64,000 nucleotides of DNA from an uncultured beta proteobacterium (GTDB lineage Bacteria; Pseudomonadota; Gammaproteobacteria; Burkholderiales; Burkholderiaceae_C): assembly GCA_963781205.1 (NCBI GenBank), contig CAWAFG010000047.1:12936-76935 (forward strand), read 5' to 3'. Positions 49,141 to 59,764 of the stretch are shown here, piece after piece. The notes under the pieces were generated by a model, which was not told the origin of the DNA, did not search any database, and worked only from the letters and a program-made list of their open reading frames with translations. The position numbers and the translations under genes are program-made. Numbering within the stretch: the stretch's first letter is position 1; every line of letters begins with the position of its first letter.

Positions 49141-49629
49141 ATGGCGATTGTTGTCAATAAACCCATCCCTGAATTTGAATCAATGGCCACTGGTGGCCTC
49201 AAAGTGTCCAACACGTCCCACTTGGGTCACGTAGTTATTCTGTATTTTTACCCCAAAGATAACACTCCTGGCTGCACCACTGAAGCCATGCAGTTCCGGG
49301 ACAAGTACAAAGACTTTGTCAAAGCCGGGGCCACGGTTTTTGGCGTGTCACGCGACAACATGAAATCCCACGACGATTTCAAGGAAAAGCTGGAGTTGCC
49401 ATTTGAGTTGGTCGCTGACACAGAAGAAAAAATGTGCCACATGTTCGGCGTGGTCAAAAACAAAATCATGTACGGCAAAAAGGTCAAGGGCATCGAACGT
49501 AGCACCTTCCTTATCGGCGCTGACGGCACTCTGAAAGAAGAGTGGCGCGGCCTGAAAGTGCCAGGCCATGTGGACGACGTCCTCAAAGCTGTCAAAGCAT
49601 TGAAAAAAGCAGCTACCGCAGAGGCTTAA
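49141..49629 (+). CDS. bcp: Peroxiredoxin BCP/PrxQ
   Basis: YFYPKDNTPGCTTEA, GVSRD, GIERSTF. Confidence 0.9.
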   Translation: MAIVVNKPIPEFESMATGGLKVSNTSHLGHVVILYFYPKDNTPGCTTEAMQFRDKYKDFVKAGATVFGVSRDNMKSHDDFKEKLELPFELVADTEEKMCHMFGVVKNKIMYGKKVKGIERSTFLIGADGTLKEEWRGLKVPGHVDDVLKAVKALKKAATAEA

Positions 49630-49728
49630 GCCTACCGCCCTGCTGAGTTTGAGGGGTCACATCCAACACAGTTGAGCTCATGCATAATGAGTTTCATGTT
49701 GTTGAACTCCACAAACACTGCGCCCCCC

Positions 49729-49760
49729 AAAAGCCGTCTTGCGATCAAGACGGCTTTTTT
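49729..49760 (+). terminator. Rho-independent terminator between bcp and the PhoH gene
   Basis: AAAAGCCGTCTTG-CGAT-CAAGACGGCTTTTTT. Confidence 0.8.
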
Positions 49761-49804
49761 GTTTCCGACGCCCTGAAACCATTTTTTTGCGAGCCTATCC
49801 ACTC

Positions 49805-51505
49805 ATGCCATTGCCCACTGCCCCCGCAAAACGTGCCGCACTTCTGAGCGAAAAAGACTACAACGTGCCGGCTCAGAGCAAACCCAAAACACCAACCGTC
49901 GAAACCCATTCAACCCACGCGGTGGCAACGCCAAAATCACGCCAACGCGTGTCTGCCGAAGTAACAGCGCCCCAGTCCCAACCCACCGCAAAGGCACCGC
50001 GCACAGCCGTAAAACCCAAGGCACAGCCCCAGGCAAGTCAGGTGACGCCAAGCCAGCCCACATTGGTATCCAAACCAGACAATGTGGAGAGTCGCACAAC
50101 CAAGGTGAAGCACACAGGGCCTAAAAAACTATTCGTTCTGGACACGAACGTCTTGCTACACGACCCGATGTGCCTGTTCCGTTTTGAAGAACATGACATC
50201 TTCTTGCCTATGATCGTCCTGGAAGAACTGGATGGTCACAAAAAAGGCATGACGGAGGTGGCCCGTAATGCGCGCCAAACCAGCCGAACACTGGATGCTC
50301 TGGCTGGTCACCACGGTGCCGACATTGCAGCGGGACTCGCCTTGAACACGACAGGCCACCGCCAGGCCGGTGGCAAATTGTTCTTTCAAACCCAGTTACT
50401 TAATTACACGCTGCCCACCAGCCTGCCACAGGGCAAAGCCGATAACCAAATTCTTGGCGTGGTCGACGCATTGCGTCTGCAACATGCGCCTCGCGAAGTG
50501 GTTTTGGTGTCCAAAGACATCAACATGCGCGTCAAATCCAGGGCCTTGGGACTGGCGACGGACGACTATCAAAATGACAAGACACTGGAAGACGGCGATC
50601 TGCTGTATTCGGGGTCTCTCGCCCTGCCCCTCAATTTCTGGACCACACACGGAAAAACCATTGAAAGTTGGCAAACCGGCGCTCACACTTTTTACCGGGT
50701 AACCGGTCCCATTGTCCCGAGCTTGCAAATCAACCAGTTTGTTTACTTTGAGTCTCCCGGCGAGCCCAGCTTGTATGCCCGAGTTACCGAAATACGCGGC
50801 AAAACCGCCGTATTCAAAACGCTGAAAGACTTTACACACCTCAAAAACTCGGTTTGGGGTGTCACCACCCGCAACCGGGAGCAGAACTTTGCCATGAATT
50901 TACTCATGGACCCAGAGGTCGACTTCGTGACACTGACGGGGACAGCAGGCACAGGCAAAACCCTGATGGCACTGGCCTCTGGCCTGACACAGGTGCTGGA
51001 CGATCGGCGCTATACCGAAATCATCATGACCCGAGCCACGGTGAGTGTGGGTGAAGATATTGGCTTCTTGCCCGGCACGGAAGAGGAAAAAATGGGGCCA
51101 TGGATGGGGGCCCTGGATGACAATCTTGAAGTGCTGGGCAAAACCGACACTAGCGCCGGCGAATGGGGCCGAGCCGCCACCAGCGAACTCATTCGCAGCC
51201 GCATCAAAGTAAAGAGCATGAACTTCATGCGTGGCCGCACTTTTCTAAATAAGTACGTCATCATTGACGAAGCGCAGAACCTGACGCCTAAACAGATGAA
51301 AACGTTGATTACCCGGGCGGGACCTGGGACCAAGATCATCTGCATGGGAAATCTGGCGCAAATCGATACACCTTACCTGACAGAGGGCTCCTCAGGACTC
51401 ACTTTCGCAGTGGACAAGTTCAAAGGTTGGCAACACGGTGGTCATATCACACTGGCCCGTGGCGAGCGCTCCCGCTTGGCAGATTTCGCAAGCGACGTTC
51501 TTTAA
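49805..51505 (+). CDS. PIN-PhoH protein (PhoH2/YlaK type)
   Basis: Low-complexity N-terminus, PIN motif VLDTNVLLHDP, GTAGTGKT, RGRT, DEAQN. Confidence 0.9.
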   Translation: MPLPTAPAKRAALLSEKDYNVPAQSKPKTPTVETHSTHAVATPKSRQRVSAEVTAPQSQPTAKAPRTAVKPKAQPQASQVTPSQPTLVSKPDNVESRTTKVKHTGPKKLFVLDTNVLLHDPMCLFRFEEHDIFLPMIVLEELDGHKKGMTEVARNARQTSRTLDALAGHHGADIAAGLALNTTGHRQAGGKLFFQTQLLNYTLPTSLPQGKADNQILGVVDALRLQHAPREVVLVSKDINMRVKSRALGLATDDYQNDKTLEDGDLLYSGSLALPLNFWTTHGKTIESWQTGAHTFYRVTGPIVPSLQINQFVYFESPGEPSLYARVTEIRGKTAVFKTLKDFTHLKNSVWGVTTRNREQNFAMNLLMDPEVDFVTLTGTAGTGKTLMALASGLTQVLDDRRYTEIIMTRATVSVGEDIGFLPGTEEEKMGPWMGALDDNLEVLGKTDTSAGEWGRAATSELIRSRIKVKSMNFMRGRTFLNKYVIIDEAQNLTPKQMKTLITRAGPGTKIICMGNLAQIDTPYLTEGSSGLTFAVDKFKGWQHGGHITLARGERSRLADFASDVL

Positions 51506-51522
51506 TTCCCCGCCACAATTAC

Positions 51523-51562
51523 AAAAAGACCGACGGTCGCTTAGCGACGGTCGGTCTTTTTT
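51523..51562. terminator. Bidirectional terminator between the PhoH gene and dnaB
   Basis: AAAAAGACCGACGGTCGC-TTA-GCGACGGTCGGTCTTTTTT. Confidence 0.8.
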
Positions 51563-51571
51563 ATGCTTCAG

Positions 51572-51620
51572 CGCTCCTAATAAGAGAGCACCTTGTGCTT
51601 ATTGCCGCTTCGCCTCAAGG
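51572..51620 (-). repeat. Probable degenerate copy 8 of the 49-bp element, opposite orientation
   Basis: - strand reads ccttgag gcga agcggcaataa gcacaaggt gctct cttatta ggagc g: same GC spacing, preceded by an A-tract. Confidence 0.45.
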
Positions 51621-51628
51621 TATTTTTC

Positions 51629-53035
51629 TTAAAAATCTCCACCGCCGCCGTGAGCCAGTGACTCAAATTTGGTGATGTTATTCAAGAAAGCCAACTTGAC
51701 CGTACCCGTTGGACCATTTCGCTGTTTGGCAATGATGACTTCGGCGACACCGGGCTCTTTACAGGCGTCCTTTGTGTAGTACTCGTCACGATAAATGAAC
51801 ATGATGATGTCGGCATCCTGCTCAATGGCACCGGACTCTCGCAAGTCACTCATCATGGGCCGTTTGTCGGGACGCTGCTCAACGCTTCGATTCAACTGGG
51901 ACAAAGCGATCACCGGGCATTGAAGCTCCCGCGCGAGCATTTTCAAACCGCGAGAGATTTCACCCAGGACGGTAGCGCGATTTTCATTGTCACCCGATGA
52001 GCCGCTCATCAGCTGCAAGTAATCCACAACAATCAAACCAAGCTTCCCGCACTGTCGCGACAAGCGCCGGGCGTTGGCCCTCAATTCGCTGGACGTCAAT
52101 CCGGCGGACTCATCGATGTGCAATGAGATCGTTCGCAATTTCTCAATCGCCTCAGACAGGCGAGGCCACTCTTCATCCGTTAGCTTGCCGGTACGCAAAT
52201 GCCCTTGATCAATACGACCAATCGAACCCACGATACGAACCGCCAACTGTGCGGCACCCATCTCCATGGAGAATACGGCCACAGGTAGCCCTTCATTCAG
52301 CGCCACGTGCTCAGCTATATTGATGGCCAAGGCTGTCTTTCCCATCGAAGGCCGGGCGGCTAGCACGATCATGTCACCGGCCTGAAAACCCGAGGTCATT
52401 CGATCAAGATCGTAGAAGCCTGTGGGCACGCCGGTAACGTCATTCGCGTTGTCTGCCATTTCCTGGACACGGTCCAACAAATCCACCACCAACGAGTCCA
52501 TCGATTGAAAACCCTGTTTGGTGCGGGCGCCCTCCTCACCAATATTGAAAATCTTCTGCTCGGACTCATCCAGAATGGCGGCAACCGGGCGCCCCTTCGG
52601 GTTGAATGCATTGGTGGAAATCTCGTCACTGGCAGCCACGAGTTTTCTCAAAATGGAGCGCTCGCGAACAATCTCTGCATAACGACGAATGTTGCCCGCG
52701 CTGGGGACATACTGCGCCAACGAGTTGAGGTAGGCCAAGCCACCAATTTCCTCCGCCTTGCCCTGTCCCTGCAACTGCTCAAAAACGGTGATCACATCAG
52801 CCGGTTTGGAGCCATTGATCAACACCCCAATGGCTGCAAAAACCAGACGGTGCTCGTAGCGATAAAAATCACCGTCCTTGAGCAAGTCGCCGACGCGGTC
52901 CCACGCGCCGTTGTCGAGCAACAGCCCGCCCAACACACTGGACTCGGCTTCAATCGAATGCGGTGGAATGCGGAGTTGCGCGACCTGCGGGTCCGCGCTG
53001 TATTCGTCTGATTTGGAAGGGAAGTTGTTCGACAT
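51629..53035 (-). CDS. dnaB: Replicative DNA helicase
   Basis: PPHSIEAE, ARPSMGKT, VDYLQL, SQLNR, SDLRESGAIEQDAD, KQRNGP; no intein seen. Confidence 0.97.
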   Translation of the reverse strand: MSNNFPSKSDEYSADPQVAQLRIPPHSIEAESSVLGGLLLDNGAWDRVGDLLKDGDFYRYEHRLVFAAIGVLINGSKPADVITVFEQLQGQGKAEEIGGLAYLNSLAQYVPSAGNIRRYAEIVRERSILRKLVAASDEISTNAFNPKGRPVAAILDESEQKIFNIGEEGARTKQGFQSMDSLVVDLLDRVQEMADNANDVTGVPTGFYDLDRMTSGFQAGDMIVLAARPSMGKTALAINIAEHVALNEGLPVAVFSMEMGAAQLAVRIVGSIGRIDQGHLRTGKLTDEEWPRLSEAIEKLRTISLHIDESAGLTSSELRANARRLSRQCGKLGLIVVDYLQLMSGSSGDNENRATVLGEISRGLKMLARELQCPVIALSQLNRSVEQRPDKRPMMSDLRESGAIEQDADIIMFIYRDEYYTKDACKEPGVAEVIIAKQRNGPTGTVKLAFLNNITKFESLAHGGGGDF

Positions 53036-53154
53036 TCAGGCGTCCTTGGATTTGGCCATTCGCCCCGAGCCTTACTCATGGCAACGAGATCAAATTGATT
53101 TTCTGACAATGGAGAATTGTGACGCTTTGGGAGCTTGGGACCAGCTACAAATAC

Positions 53155-53186
53155 AAAAGCCGCCGAGATTCACACCTCGGCGGCTT
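53155..53186 (-). terminator. Terminator after rplI
   Basis: 11-bp stem AAGCCGCCGAG/CTCGGCGGCTT with a T-rich tail on the - strand. Confidence 0.75.
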
Positions 53187-53206
53187 CCATATTGGTGCAG
53201 CTCTAT

Positions 53207-53659
53207 TTAAGCGGATTCGCCGTAAACAGACACTGTGATCTCAACTGCCACGTCAGTGTGCAAAGACACGGTTGCAGCACTGTCGCCCACTGTTTTGATG
53301 TGACCTGAGGTCATACGAACTTGAGCTTTGGAGACTTTGAAGCCGTTTTTGTTCAGTTCTTCGGCGATGTCGGCATTGGTCACAGAACCAAACAGACGAC
53401 CATCCACACCGGCTTTTTGAGTCAACTTGCAGACATAGCCCGCGAGTTTCTCGCCAACAGCCTGGCATTCAGCCAACTTCACTGCAGCCGCTTTTTCCAG
53501 ATCAGCGCGCTTGATTTCAAACTGCTCCTTGGCTGCCGCAGTTGCACGACGTGCACGGCCAGTGGGGATCAGGAAGTTACGTGCGTAACCGTCTTTAACA
53601 CGAACGATTTCACCGAGATTGCCAAGGTTCACGACCTTGTCGAGCAGAATAATTTGCAT
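53207..53659 (-). CDS. rplI: 50S ribosomal protein L9
   Basis: [28 protein letters not shown]. Confidence 0.97.
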   Translation of the reverse strand: MQIILLDKVVNLGNLGEIVRVKDGYARNFLIPTGRARRATAAAKEQFEIKRADLEKAAAVKLAECQAVGEKLAGYVCKLTQKAGVDGRLFGSVTNADIAEELNKNGFKVSKAQVRMTSGHIKTVGDSAATVSLHTDVAVEITVSVYGESA

Positions 53660-53670
53660 GGTCGTATTCC

Positions 53671-53955
53671 TTAGATCTTGTGCTGGTCGCTGTAAGGCAG
53701 CATGGCGAGAAAACGCGCACGCTTGATAGCGGTGTTGAGCTGGCGCTGGAAAATGGCACGGGTGCCAGTCAGGCGAGCGGGGATAATTTTGCCGTTTTCA
53801 GCAATGAAATCACGCAGGGTGTCGATGTCTTTGTAGTCAATCTCTTCGACACCAGTCACTGTAAAGCGGCAAAAACGCTTGCGCTTGAACAGCAGATTCT
53901 GGGCTGGGCGCTTGGGGCGCTTGTCTTTGTTATTGAAACGTTTTGGTCCGGCCAT
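53671..53955 (-). CDS. rpsR: 30S ribosomal protein S18
   Basis: [30 protein letters not shown]. Confidence 0.97.
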   Translation of the reverse strand: MAGPKRFNNKDKRPKRPAQNLLFKRKRFCRFTVTGVEEIDYKDIDTLRDFIAENGKIIPARLTGTRAIFQRQLNTAIKRARFLAMLPYSDQHKI

Positions 53956-53984
53956 GATGGACTCCTTAAATTTTTACGAATTCG

Positions 53985-54284
53985 TTAATCTTGCTGAAAC
54001 TCTTGAATATGCAAAACAACATGCTTGCCATTGCGAGGGGTGGCTAAAAAGCCGGTGAATGTCCAACTACTACCAACGGCCTGCTTCACAAGCCTTTCAG
54101 CAATTACCCCAAAGGAGATTGCTTTGATAGCCGCCTTGACTTGTCTTTCCTGCCCTGCTTCTCGAACACTTGACTCGTGAGTCAGCTTCAAGTTCAGGGC
54201 CGGCAGTCCTGCTGGTGTGTAACGCAAGGCGTCAAACTCTTCAATGCAGGCCGACAATACAAGGTGATTGCTGGATGGATTCAC
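53985..54284 (-). CDS. priB: Primosomal replication protein N
   Basis: RYTPAGLP..L.HES..EAG, FTGFLA, VLHI; located between rpsF and rpsR. Confidence 0.9.
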   Translation of the reverse strand: MNPSSNHLVLSACIEEFDALRYTPAGLPALNLKLTHESSVREAGQERQVKAAIKAISFGVIAERLVKQAVGSSWTFTGFLATPRNGKHVVLHIQEFQQD

Positions 54285-54307
54285 TCGCCTCTCAACTGGC
54301 AGAGTTG

Positions 54308-54673
54308 TTAGGCTTGGTATTCAGCTTGTTGAGTTTTGCGTGCATCTTCACGCTCAACGGTTTTCATCATCGAAGATGGACCGGTATCAGCCTTTTTCTT
54401 CACAACGGTCAGGTGACGCAAAACTGCATCATTGAACTTGAACGCGTGCTCAAGCTCTGCCATGACAGCCTGATCGGCTTCAATGTTGACGCAAAGGTAA
54501 TGTGCTTTGGCCAGCTTGTTGATCATGTAGACCAACTGGCGACGACCCCAGTCTTCGACACGGTGAATCTTACCGCCGCCGGCAGTGATCATGCCCTTGT
54601 AACGCTCCAGCATGGCAGGAACTTGCTCGCTCTGATCCGGATGGATCATGAGAATGATTTCGTAGTGACGCAT
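54308..54673 (-). CDS. rpsF: 30S ribosomal protein S6
   Basis: [28 protein letters not shown]; AAGGAG SD. Confidence 0.97.
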   Translation of the reverse strand: MRHYEIILMIHPDQSEQVPAMLERYKGMITAGGGKIHRVEDWGRRQLVYMINKLAKAHYLCVNIEADQAVMAELEHAFKFNDAVLRHLTVVKKKADTGPSSMMKTVEREDARKTQQAEYQA

Positions 54674-54752
54674 TGATACTCCTTTTGGATGGCCCCAACA
54701 TGGGCAAGAAAAAACCACCCTCAGCGTCTAATTGAGGTGTGGCAAGGCGAAG
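54674..54752 (-). promoter_or_regulatory. Probable S6:S18 autoregulatory leader RNA
   Basis: - strand GCCTTGCCAC, hairpin CCTCA..TGAGG, then the AAAGGAG SD. CCTT can pair with the SD, as in known rpsF leaders. Confidence 0.45.
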
Positions 54753-54797
54753 CCCATGATTATATGCCAAGCATTGGGCCTCTGTCTAATGCAGCCC

Positions 54798-57098
54798 TTA
54801 CTCCTGCGGATCAGGCCACACAAGGCTTGTGAAGACAATGATCGCGATCCCCACCGGGACACCAAATACACCAGCGGAAACTGGCTGAATATCAAACCAC
54901 ATTCCACTGCCATGAAGTCCGAAAAAAGATCGAATGGGGGCTGAATTGATCGCCATGTAGTAAATGGTCAAACCAAGGCCGGCAATCATTCCAAGCACCG
55001 CGGCAGTCCGAGACGTCTTCTTCCAAAAAATGCCCAACACCATGGCAGGCACAAATGCGGCACCAGCCAATGAGAAGGACGCCGAAACCAGATACAGAAT
55101 ATCTGCCGGTCGCTGCGCCGCCACATAGGCCGCAATCAAAGCAACAACAAGCAATGCAAATTTCGAAAGCATGACCCGCCGAACCGCCCCGGCGCGATCA
55201 TTCTCTCCTTGATAAACAAAATCATGCGCCAGCGCGTTCCCGATGGTCAGCAGCAAACCATCGGCGGTTGAAAGTGCAGCGGCCAAACCACCTGCGGCAA
55301 CCAGCCCGGAAATCACATACGGCAAGCCCCCCAATTCAGGCATGGCAAGCATCACAATATCTGCACCCATGCGAAGCTCCGCAAATTGCAAAATGTTGTC
55401 GCCATTGATATCGCTGACCGACACCAGGGCCGGATCCACTTGCGCCCACTGAGCAATCCAGGACGGCAAGGCATTGAAATTCTGCCCGACGAGTTCACTC
55501 ATTACTTCGTACTTCACCAATACTGCCAGTGCTGGGGCCGAAAGGTACAAGAGCGAAATGAAAAACAAGGACCAAGCCACGGAAGTCCGAGCCTCCGCGA
55601 CACTCGGCGTGGTGTAGAACCGGGTCAATAAATGCGGTAGGCCTGCGGTCCCGACCATCAAACAAAACATCAACGCCATGAAATTTCGGCGGGAGACATC
55701 GAAGGCATCTCTCTCCAGCGCGCTTCCATCCGGGTCGCCTGCGTAGGGCTTGGTCTGGAGCGGCATGCCTCCCAAGGGTTGTGCGCGCTCCAGGTTGTCC
55801 TGCATGGCACGTGTCCAAAACTCCCGCGCGCTAGCCTCATCTTTGGGAAGAGCCGCTAACTCACGCTTGGTGGCGAGAATCACCGATTCATCAGCGCGAC
55901 GTTCGCTAAAAAATCGAACTCGCTCCTTCAACATCTTTCGCTCAGTGTCCAAGGCAAGGCCCACATCAGCCAATTTCGACTCGAATCCGCGCGCGCGCGC
56001 CGCATAGGCATCGATAACCTCTGCCTCAGCCGGCGACTCCAACAGCTTTTTTTCCAACGCGGCGATTTTTGGCAGTTGCTGTCCGTAGACGAGAGGCGCC
56101 AAGGGATTGCCGAGTTGCTTATAGGCCAACCAGGACACCGGAATCAAAAATGCCAAGATCAGAATGACATATTGAGCCACTTGCGTCCAGGTCACTGCCC
56201 GCATGCCTCCCAAAAACGAGCAAACCAATACGCCTCCTAGGCCCAGCAAAATTCCAACTTCAAATTGAACGCCCGTCATTCGTGACGTGATCAATCCCAC
56301 GCCATAAATTTGGGCCACCACGTAGGTGAATGAGCAGAGAACAGCTGCAAAAGCAGCAATCTGTCTTGGCCAGTGCCCGCCAAAACGGGCGGCAAAGTAG
56401 TCTGGGATGGTAAGAAGCCCCAGGCCTCGCAAATAGGGGGCAACGAGCAGTGCAACCAGGCAGAACCCGCCTGTCCACCCCAAAACATAAACAAGCCCTC
56501 CCACTTGAGAGGACGTTCCCGAAAAGCCTTGTAGATAAAGCCCGCCAGCCATGCTGATGAAAGATGCGGCGCTCATCCAGTCGGCCGCCGTCGCCATACC
56601 GTTGTAAACAGCAGGTATTCGACGTCCGGCGACGTAATACTCGGCGGCGTCCGACGTTCTGCCATAAATGCCAATGGCCGCATACAAGCTCACCGAGGCA
56701 AATAGAAAAACACCGCCAACCCACGCCTTGGTTAGGCCAAGTCGTTCAGCCATCGCCAATGCCGCGAGAAACAGCAACAACAAGATGACGTAAATGAAGA
56801 ATCGCCGATGTAATCGGGACTTATAGAGCGCGTAAGCGGGCTCGCAGGCAACCCCGGCGCCCTCTCGGCGGTTTGCGACCCACGCAAATATCGCGACAAC
56901 CGCAATAAAAATGAAAACGCTGCCCTGGGCGGAAAACCAGTAGCCAACCGGCCAACCGCGCACAACCATTTGCAGGTCATGGGCAAAGAATACAACGCCA
57001 AAGGATGCCAAAAACCAGATCGCGAGCAGCCACCCGTGCAACCTCAGCCCGCCGGGGAAAGAAGGCGACAGCGGCAGACCAGGCGCCGGCTTCAACAT
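54798..57098 (-). CDS. Sodium:solute symporter (ActP-like) fused to an N-terminal DUF4212-like small subunit
   Basis: N-terminal WFLASFG..GWPVGYWFSAQGS, then YYVAGR..NGMATAADWMSAASF, GTAGLPH, AALSTADGLL. Confidence 0.85.
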   Translation of the reverse strand: MLKPAPGLPLSPSFPGGLRLHGWLLAIWFLASFGVVFFAHDLQMVVRGWPVGYWFSAQGSVFIFIAVVAIFAWVANRREGAGVACEPAYALYKSRLHRRFFIYVILLLLFLAALAMAERLGLTKAWVGGVFLFASVSLYAAIGIYGRTSDAAEYYVAGRRIPAVYNGMATAADWMSAASFISMAGGLYLQGFSGTSSQVGGLVYVLGWTGGFCLVALLVAPYLRGLGLLTIPDYFAARFGGHWPRQIAAFAAVLCSFTYVVAQIYGVGLITSRMTGVQFEVGILLGLGGVLVCSFLGGMRAVTWTQVAQYVILILAFLIPVSWLAYKQLGNPLAPLVYGQQLPKIAALEKKLLESPAEAEVIDAYAARARGFESKLADVGLALDTERKMLKERVRFFSERRADESVILATKRELAALPKDEASAREFWTRAMQDNLERAQPLGGMPLQTKPYAGDPDGSALERDAFDVSRRNFMALMFCLMVGTAGLPHLLTRFYTTPSVAEARTSVAWSLFFISLLYLSAPALAVLVKYEVMSELVGQNFNALPSWIAQWAQVDPALVSVSDINGDNILQFAELRMGADIVMLAMPELGGLPYVISGLVAAGGLAAALSTADGLLLTIGNALAHDFVYQGENDRAGAVRRVMLSKFALLVVALIAAYVAAQRPADILYLVSASFSLAGAAFVPAMVLGIFWKKTSRTAAVLGMIAGLGLTIYYMAINSAPIRSFFGLHGSGMWFDIQPVSAGVFGVPVGIAIIVFTSLVWPDPQE

Positions 57099-57149
57099 GT
57101 TTTCATCGGATCAAAAAACAGTCGTCCCACGGCGCACTGATCTCACTCA

Positions 57150-59540
57150 CTAGTTGGCGAGCCGTTTCCAGGTCGAAATGACGGAGTCTGGATTCAGGGA
57201 AATTGAAGAAATGCCTTCCGCCTTCAACCACTCTGCAAAGTCCGGATGGTCACTGGGACCCTGGCCGCAAATACCAACATATTTGCCTTGCGCCTTGCAC
57301 GCGGCAATCGCCTGACTGATGAGTGCAGTGACTGCGGGATCGCGTTCATCAAAGTCAGCCGCCAGCAACTCCAGTCCAGAGTCCCGATCCAGTCCCAATG
57401 TCAACTGAGTCAAATCATTAGAGCCAATGGAGAAACCATCGAAGTATTCCAGGAATTGGGTGGCCAAGATCGCATTGCTGGGCACTTCGCACATCATGAT
57501 GATTTTCAGATCATCCTGACCCCGCTTCAGTCCGTGCGCGGCGAGCAATTCGGTGACTCGTTTGGCCTGTCCAAGCGTCCGGACAAACGGCACCATGACC
57601 TGCACGTTGGTCAAACCCATGTCCAAACGAACCCGCTTGAGCGCTTCACACTCCATGGCAAACGCTTCCCCAAAATCTGCACTGATATATCGCGCTGCGC
57701 CGCGGAAACCGAGCATCGGATTTTCTTCTTCTGGCTCGTAACGACTTCCGCCAATCAGCTTGCGGTATTCGTTGCTCTTGAAGTCAGACAGGCGAACGAT
57801 GACCGGTTTGGGCCAGAATGCCGCGCCAATGGTCGCAATACCTTCCGCGACGCGGTCCACATAAAACGCGCGTGGCGACGCATGGCCACGCGCCACAGAC
57901 TCAACCGCTTTCTTCAAATCCGCATCAATATTGGGGTAGTCCAGAATGGCTTTGGGGTGCACCCCAATGTTGTTGTTAATGATGAACTCCAGGCGAGCCA
58001 AGCCCACTCCCGAGTTGGGCAACTGGCAAAAATCGAACGCCAACTGTGGATTGCCCACATTCATCATGATCTTGACGTCGATTTCAGGCATCTCGCCACG
58101 CTGAACTTCAGTCACTTCAGTCTCGAGCAGCCCGTCATAAATAAAGCCGGTATCCCCCTCGGAGCAACTGACCGTCACCAGCATGCCGTCTTTCAGCAGT
58201 TCTGTTGCATCTCCACAACCGACCACCGCCGGAATACCCAACTCGCGGGCAATGATGGCGGCATGGCAGGTGCGTCCGCCACGGTTGGTCACAATGGCTG
58301 CCGCACGTTTCATCACGGGCTCCCAATTGGGATCCGTCATGTCCGTCACCAGCACATCTCCAGGCTGAACAGTGTCCATCTCGCTGATGTTGTGCACGAT
58401 GCGCACCGGGCCAGTCCCAATTTTTTGACCAATCGCCCGGCCTTCTGCCAGCACCGTGCCTGTGCTCTTCAGTTTGTAACGATGCTCTGCTTTTCCAGCC
58501 GCCTGGCTTTTCACGGTCTCTGGTCGGGCCTGCAAGATGTAAAGCTCACCATCGAGACCATCCTTGCCCCACTCAATATCCATCGCCCGACCATAGTGTT
58601 CTTCAATGACGAGTGCGTAAGACGCCAGCTTTTCGACGTCAGCGTCCGTCAATGAGTAACGATTGCGCAGCTCTGCAGGAACATCGGTAGTCTTGACCAG
58701 TTGTCCAGTGGCCGCCTTCTCTTCGGGCGAGCTGAACTGCATTTGAAGCAGCTTGGAACCCAAGCTGCGTCGAATCACGGCACGTTTGCCCGCCTTGAGC
58801 ATTGGTTTATGCACATAGAACTCGTCAGGATTCACAGCCCCTTGCACCACCGTTTCACCGAGGCCATAGCTGGAGGTGATGAAGACCACGTCTGAAAAGC
58901 CGGATTCTGTGTCGATCGTGAACATGACGCCCGCAGCACCCAAGTCCGAGCGGACCATGCGCTGAATACCCGCACTCAAAGCCACATGCTCGTGAGCAAA
59001 GCCTTTGTGAACGCGGTAGCTGATGGCTCGGTCGTTGTACAAAGACGCGAACACTTCCTTCATTTTGTGCAGAATCGCATCAATACCAGTGACGTTCAAG
59101 AATGTTTCTTGCTGGCCGGCAAATGAAGCGTCGGGCAAATCCTCAGCAGTGGCTGATGAGCGCACCGCAAAAGACGCCTGTGGATTGTCTGAACTCAGGA
59201 CCACAAAGGCGTCTCGAATTGCCTGCTCAAGATCGGCAGGAAAGGGCTGAGCCTCAACCATGGCGCGAATCTCGGCGCCAACCCGAGCCAAAGCGCGAAC
59301 GTCTTCGGTATCCAAGCCGCTCAAACTAGCATTGATACGACCACTCAGGTCCTCAAATGCCAAAAACTCGCGAAACGCGTGCGCTGTGGTGGCAAAACCA
59401 GTCGGAACTTTGACCCCGGTGGGCAAATGTGAAATCATTTCGCCCAAACTGGCGTTTTTTCCACCGACTGAGTCGACGTCAGTCATCCTCAGTTTTTCGA
59501 ATGGGACGACCAAATCGGTCTCTTTGAACAATGCAGACAT
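57150..59540 (-). CDS. ppsA: Phosphoenolpyruvate synthase
   Basis: [37 protein letters not shown]. Confidence 0.97.
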   Translation of the reverse strand: MSALFKETDLVVPFEKLRMTDVDSVGGKNASLGEMISHLPTGVKVPTGFATTAHAFREFLAFEDLSGRINASLSGLDTEDVRALARVGAEIRAMVEAQPFPADLEQAIRDAFVVLSSDNPQASFAVRSSATAEDLPDASFAGQQETFLNVTGIDAILHKMKEVFASLYNDRAISYRVHKGFAHEHVALSAGIQRMVRSDLGAAGVMFTIDTESGFSDVVFITSSYGLGETVVQGAVNPDEFYVHKPMLKAGKRAVIRRSLGSKLLQMQFSSPEEKAATGQLVKTTDVPAELRNRYSLTDADVEKLASYALVIEEHYGRAMDIEWGKDGLDGELYILQARPETVKSQAAGKAEHRYKLKSTGTVLAEGRAIGQKIGTGPVRIVHNISEMDTVQPGDVLVTDMTDPNWEPVMKRAAAIVTNRGGRTCHAAIIARELGIPAVVGCGDATELLKDGMLVTVSCSEGDTGFIYDGLLETEVTEVQRGEMPEIDVKIMMNVGNPQLAFDFCQLPNSGVGLARLEFIINNNIGVHPKAILDYPNIDADLKKAVESVARGHASPRAFYVDRVAEGIATIGAAFWPKPVIVRLSDFKSNEYRKLIGGSRYEPEEENPMLGFRGAARYISADFGEAFAMECEALKRVRLDMGLTNVQVMVPFVRTLGQAKRVTELLAAHGLKRGQDDLKIIMMCEVPSNAILATQFLEYFDGFSIGSNDLTQLTLGLDRDSGLELLAADFDERDPAVTALISQAIAACKAQGKYVGICGQGPSDHPDFAEWLKAEGISSISLNPDSVISTWKRLAN

Positions 59541-59764
59541 GGGAAGCTCCAGAAGTTAAAAACGGGGCAGTACATGCAATCGGCCGCTCAGGCGCGCCGA
59601 CCATGATCACGCAATCGTTCTGACTTGTTGTAGCTTTTTTTGTCAGCCAACCGCGTGACTAAATTGGGTTCAATCGGCTCATTGTAGGCGGGCAACAAGT
59701 TCACAATAGCCCCAGCGCTTTCAAATAGCTGAAGGCAAAACATCAACTCACCCTGAAAAACACC

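Noticed and set aside
53120-53160. GCTAC-N7-AAAGC next to the rplI terminator
   Set aside because: Upstream anchors do not align, and AAAGC belongs to the terminator stem.
59706-59740. ATAGC..GCGC..GC..AGGC resembling a reversed partial element
   Set aside because: No GCTAY half-site and the spacing is wrong; at best a decayed fragment.
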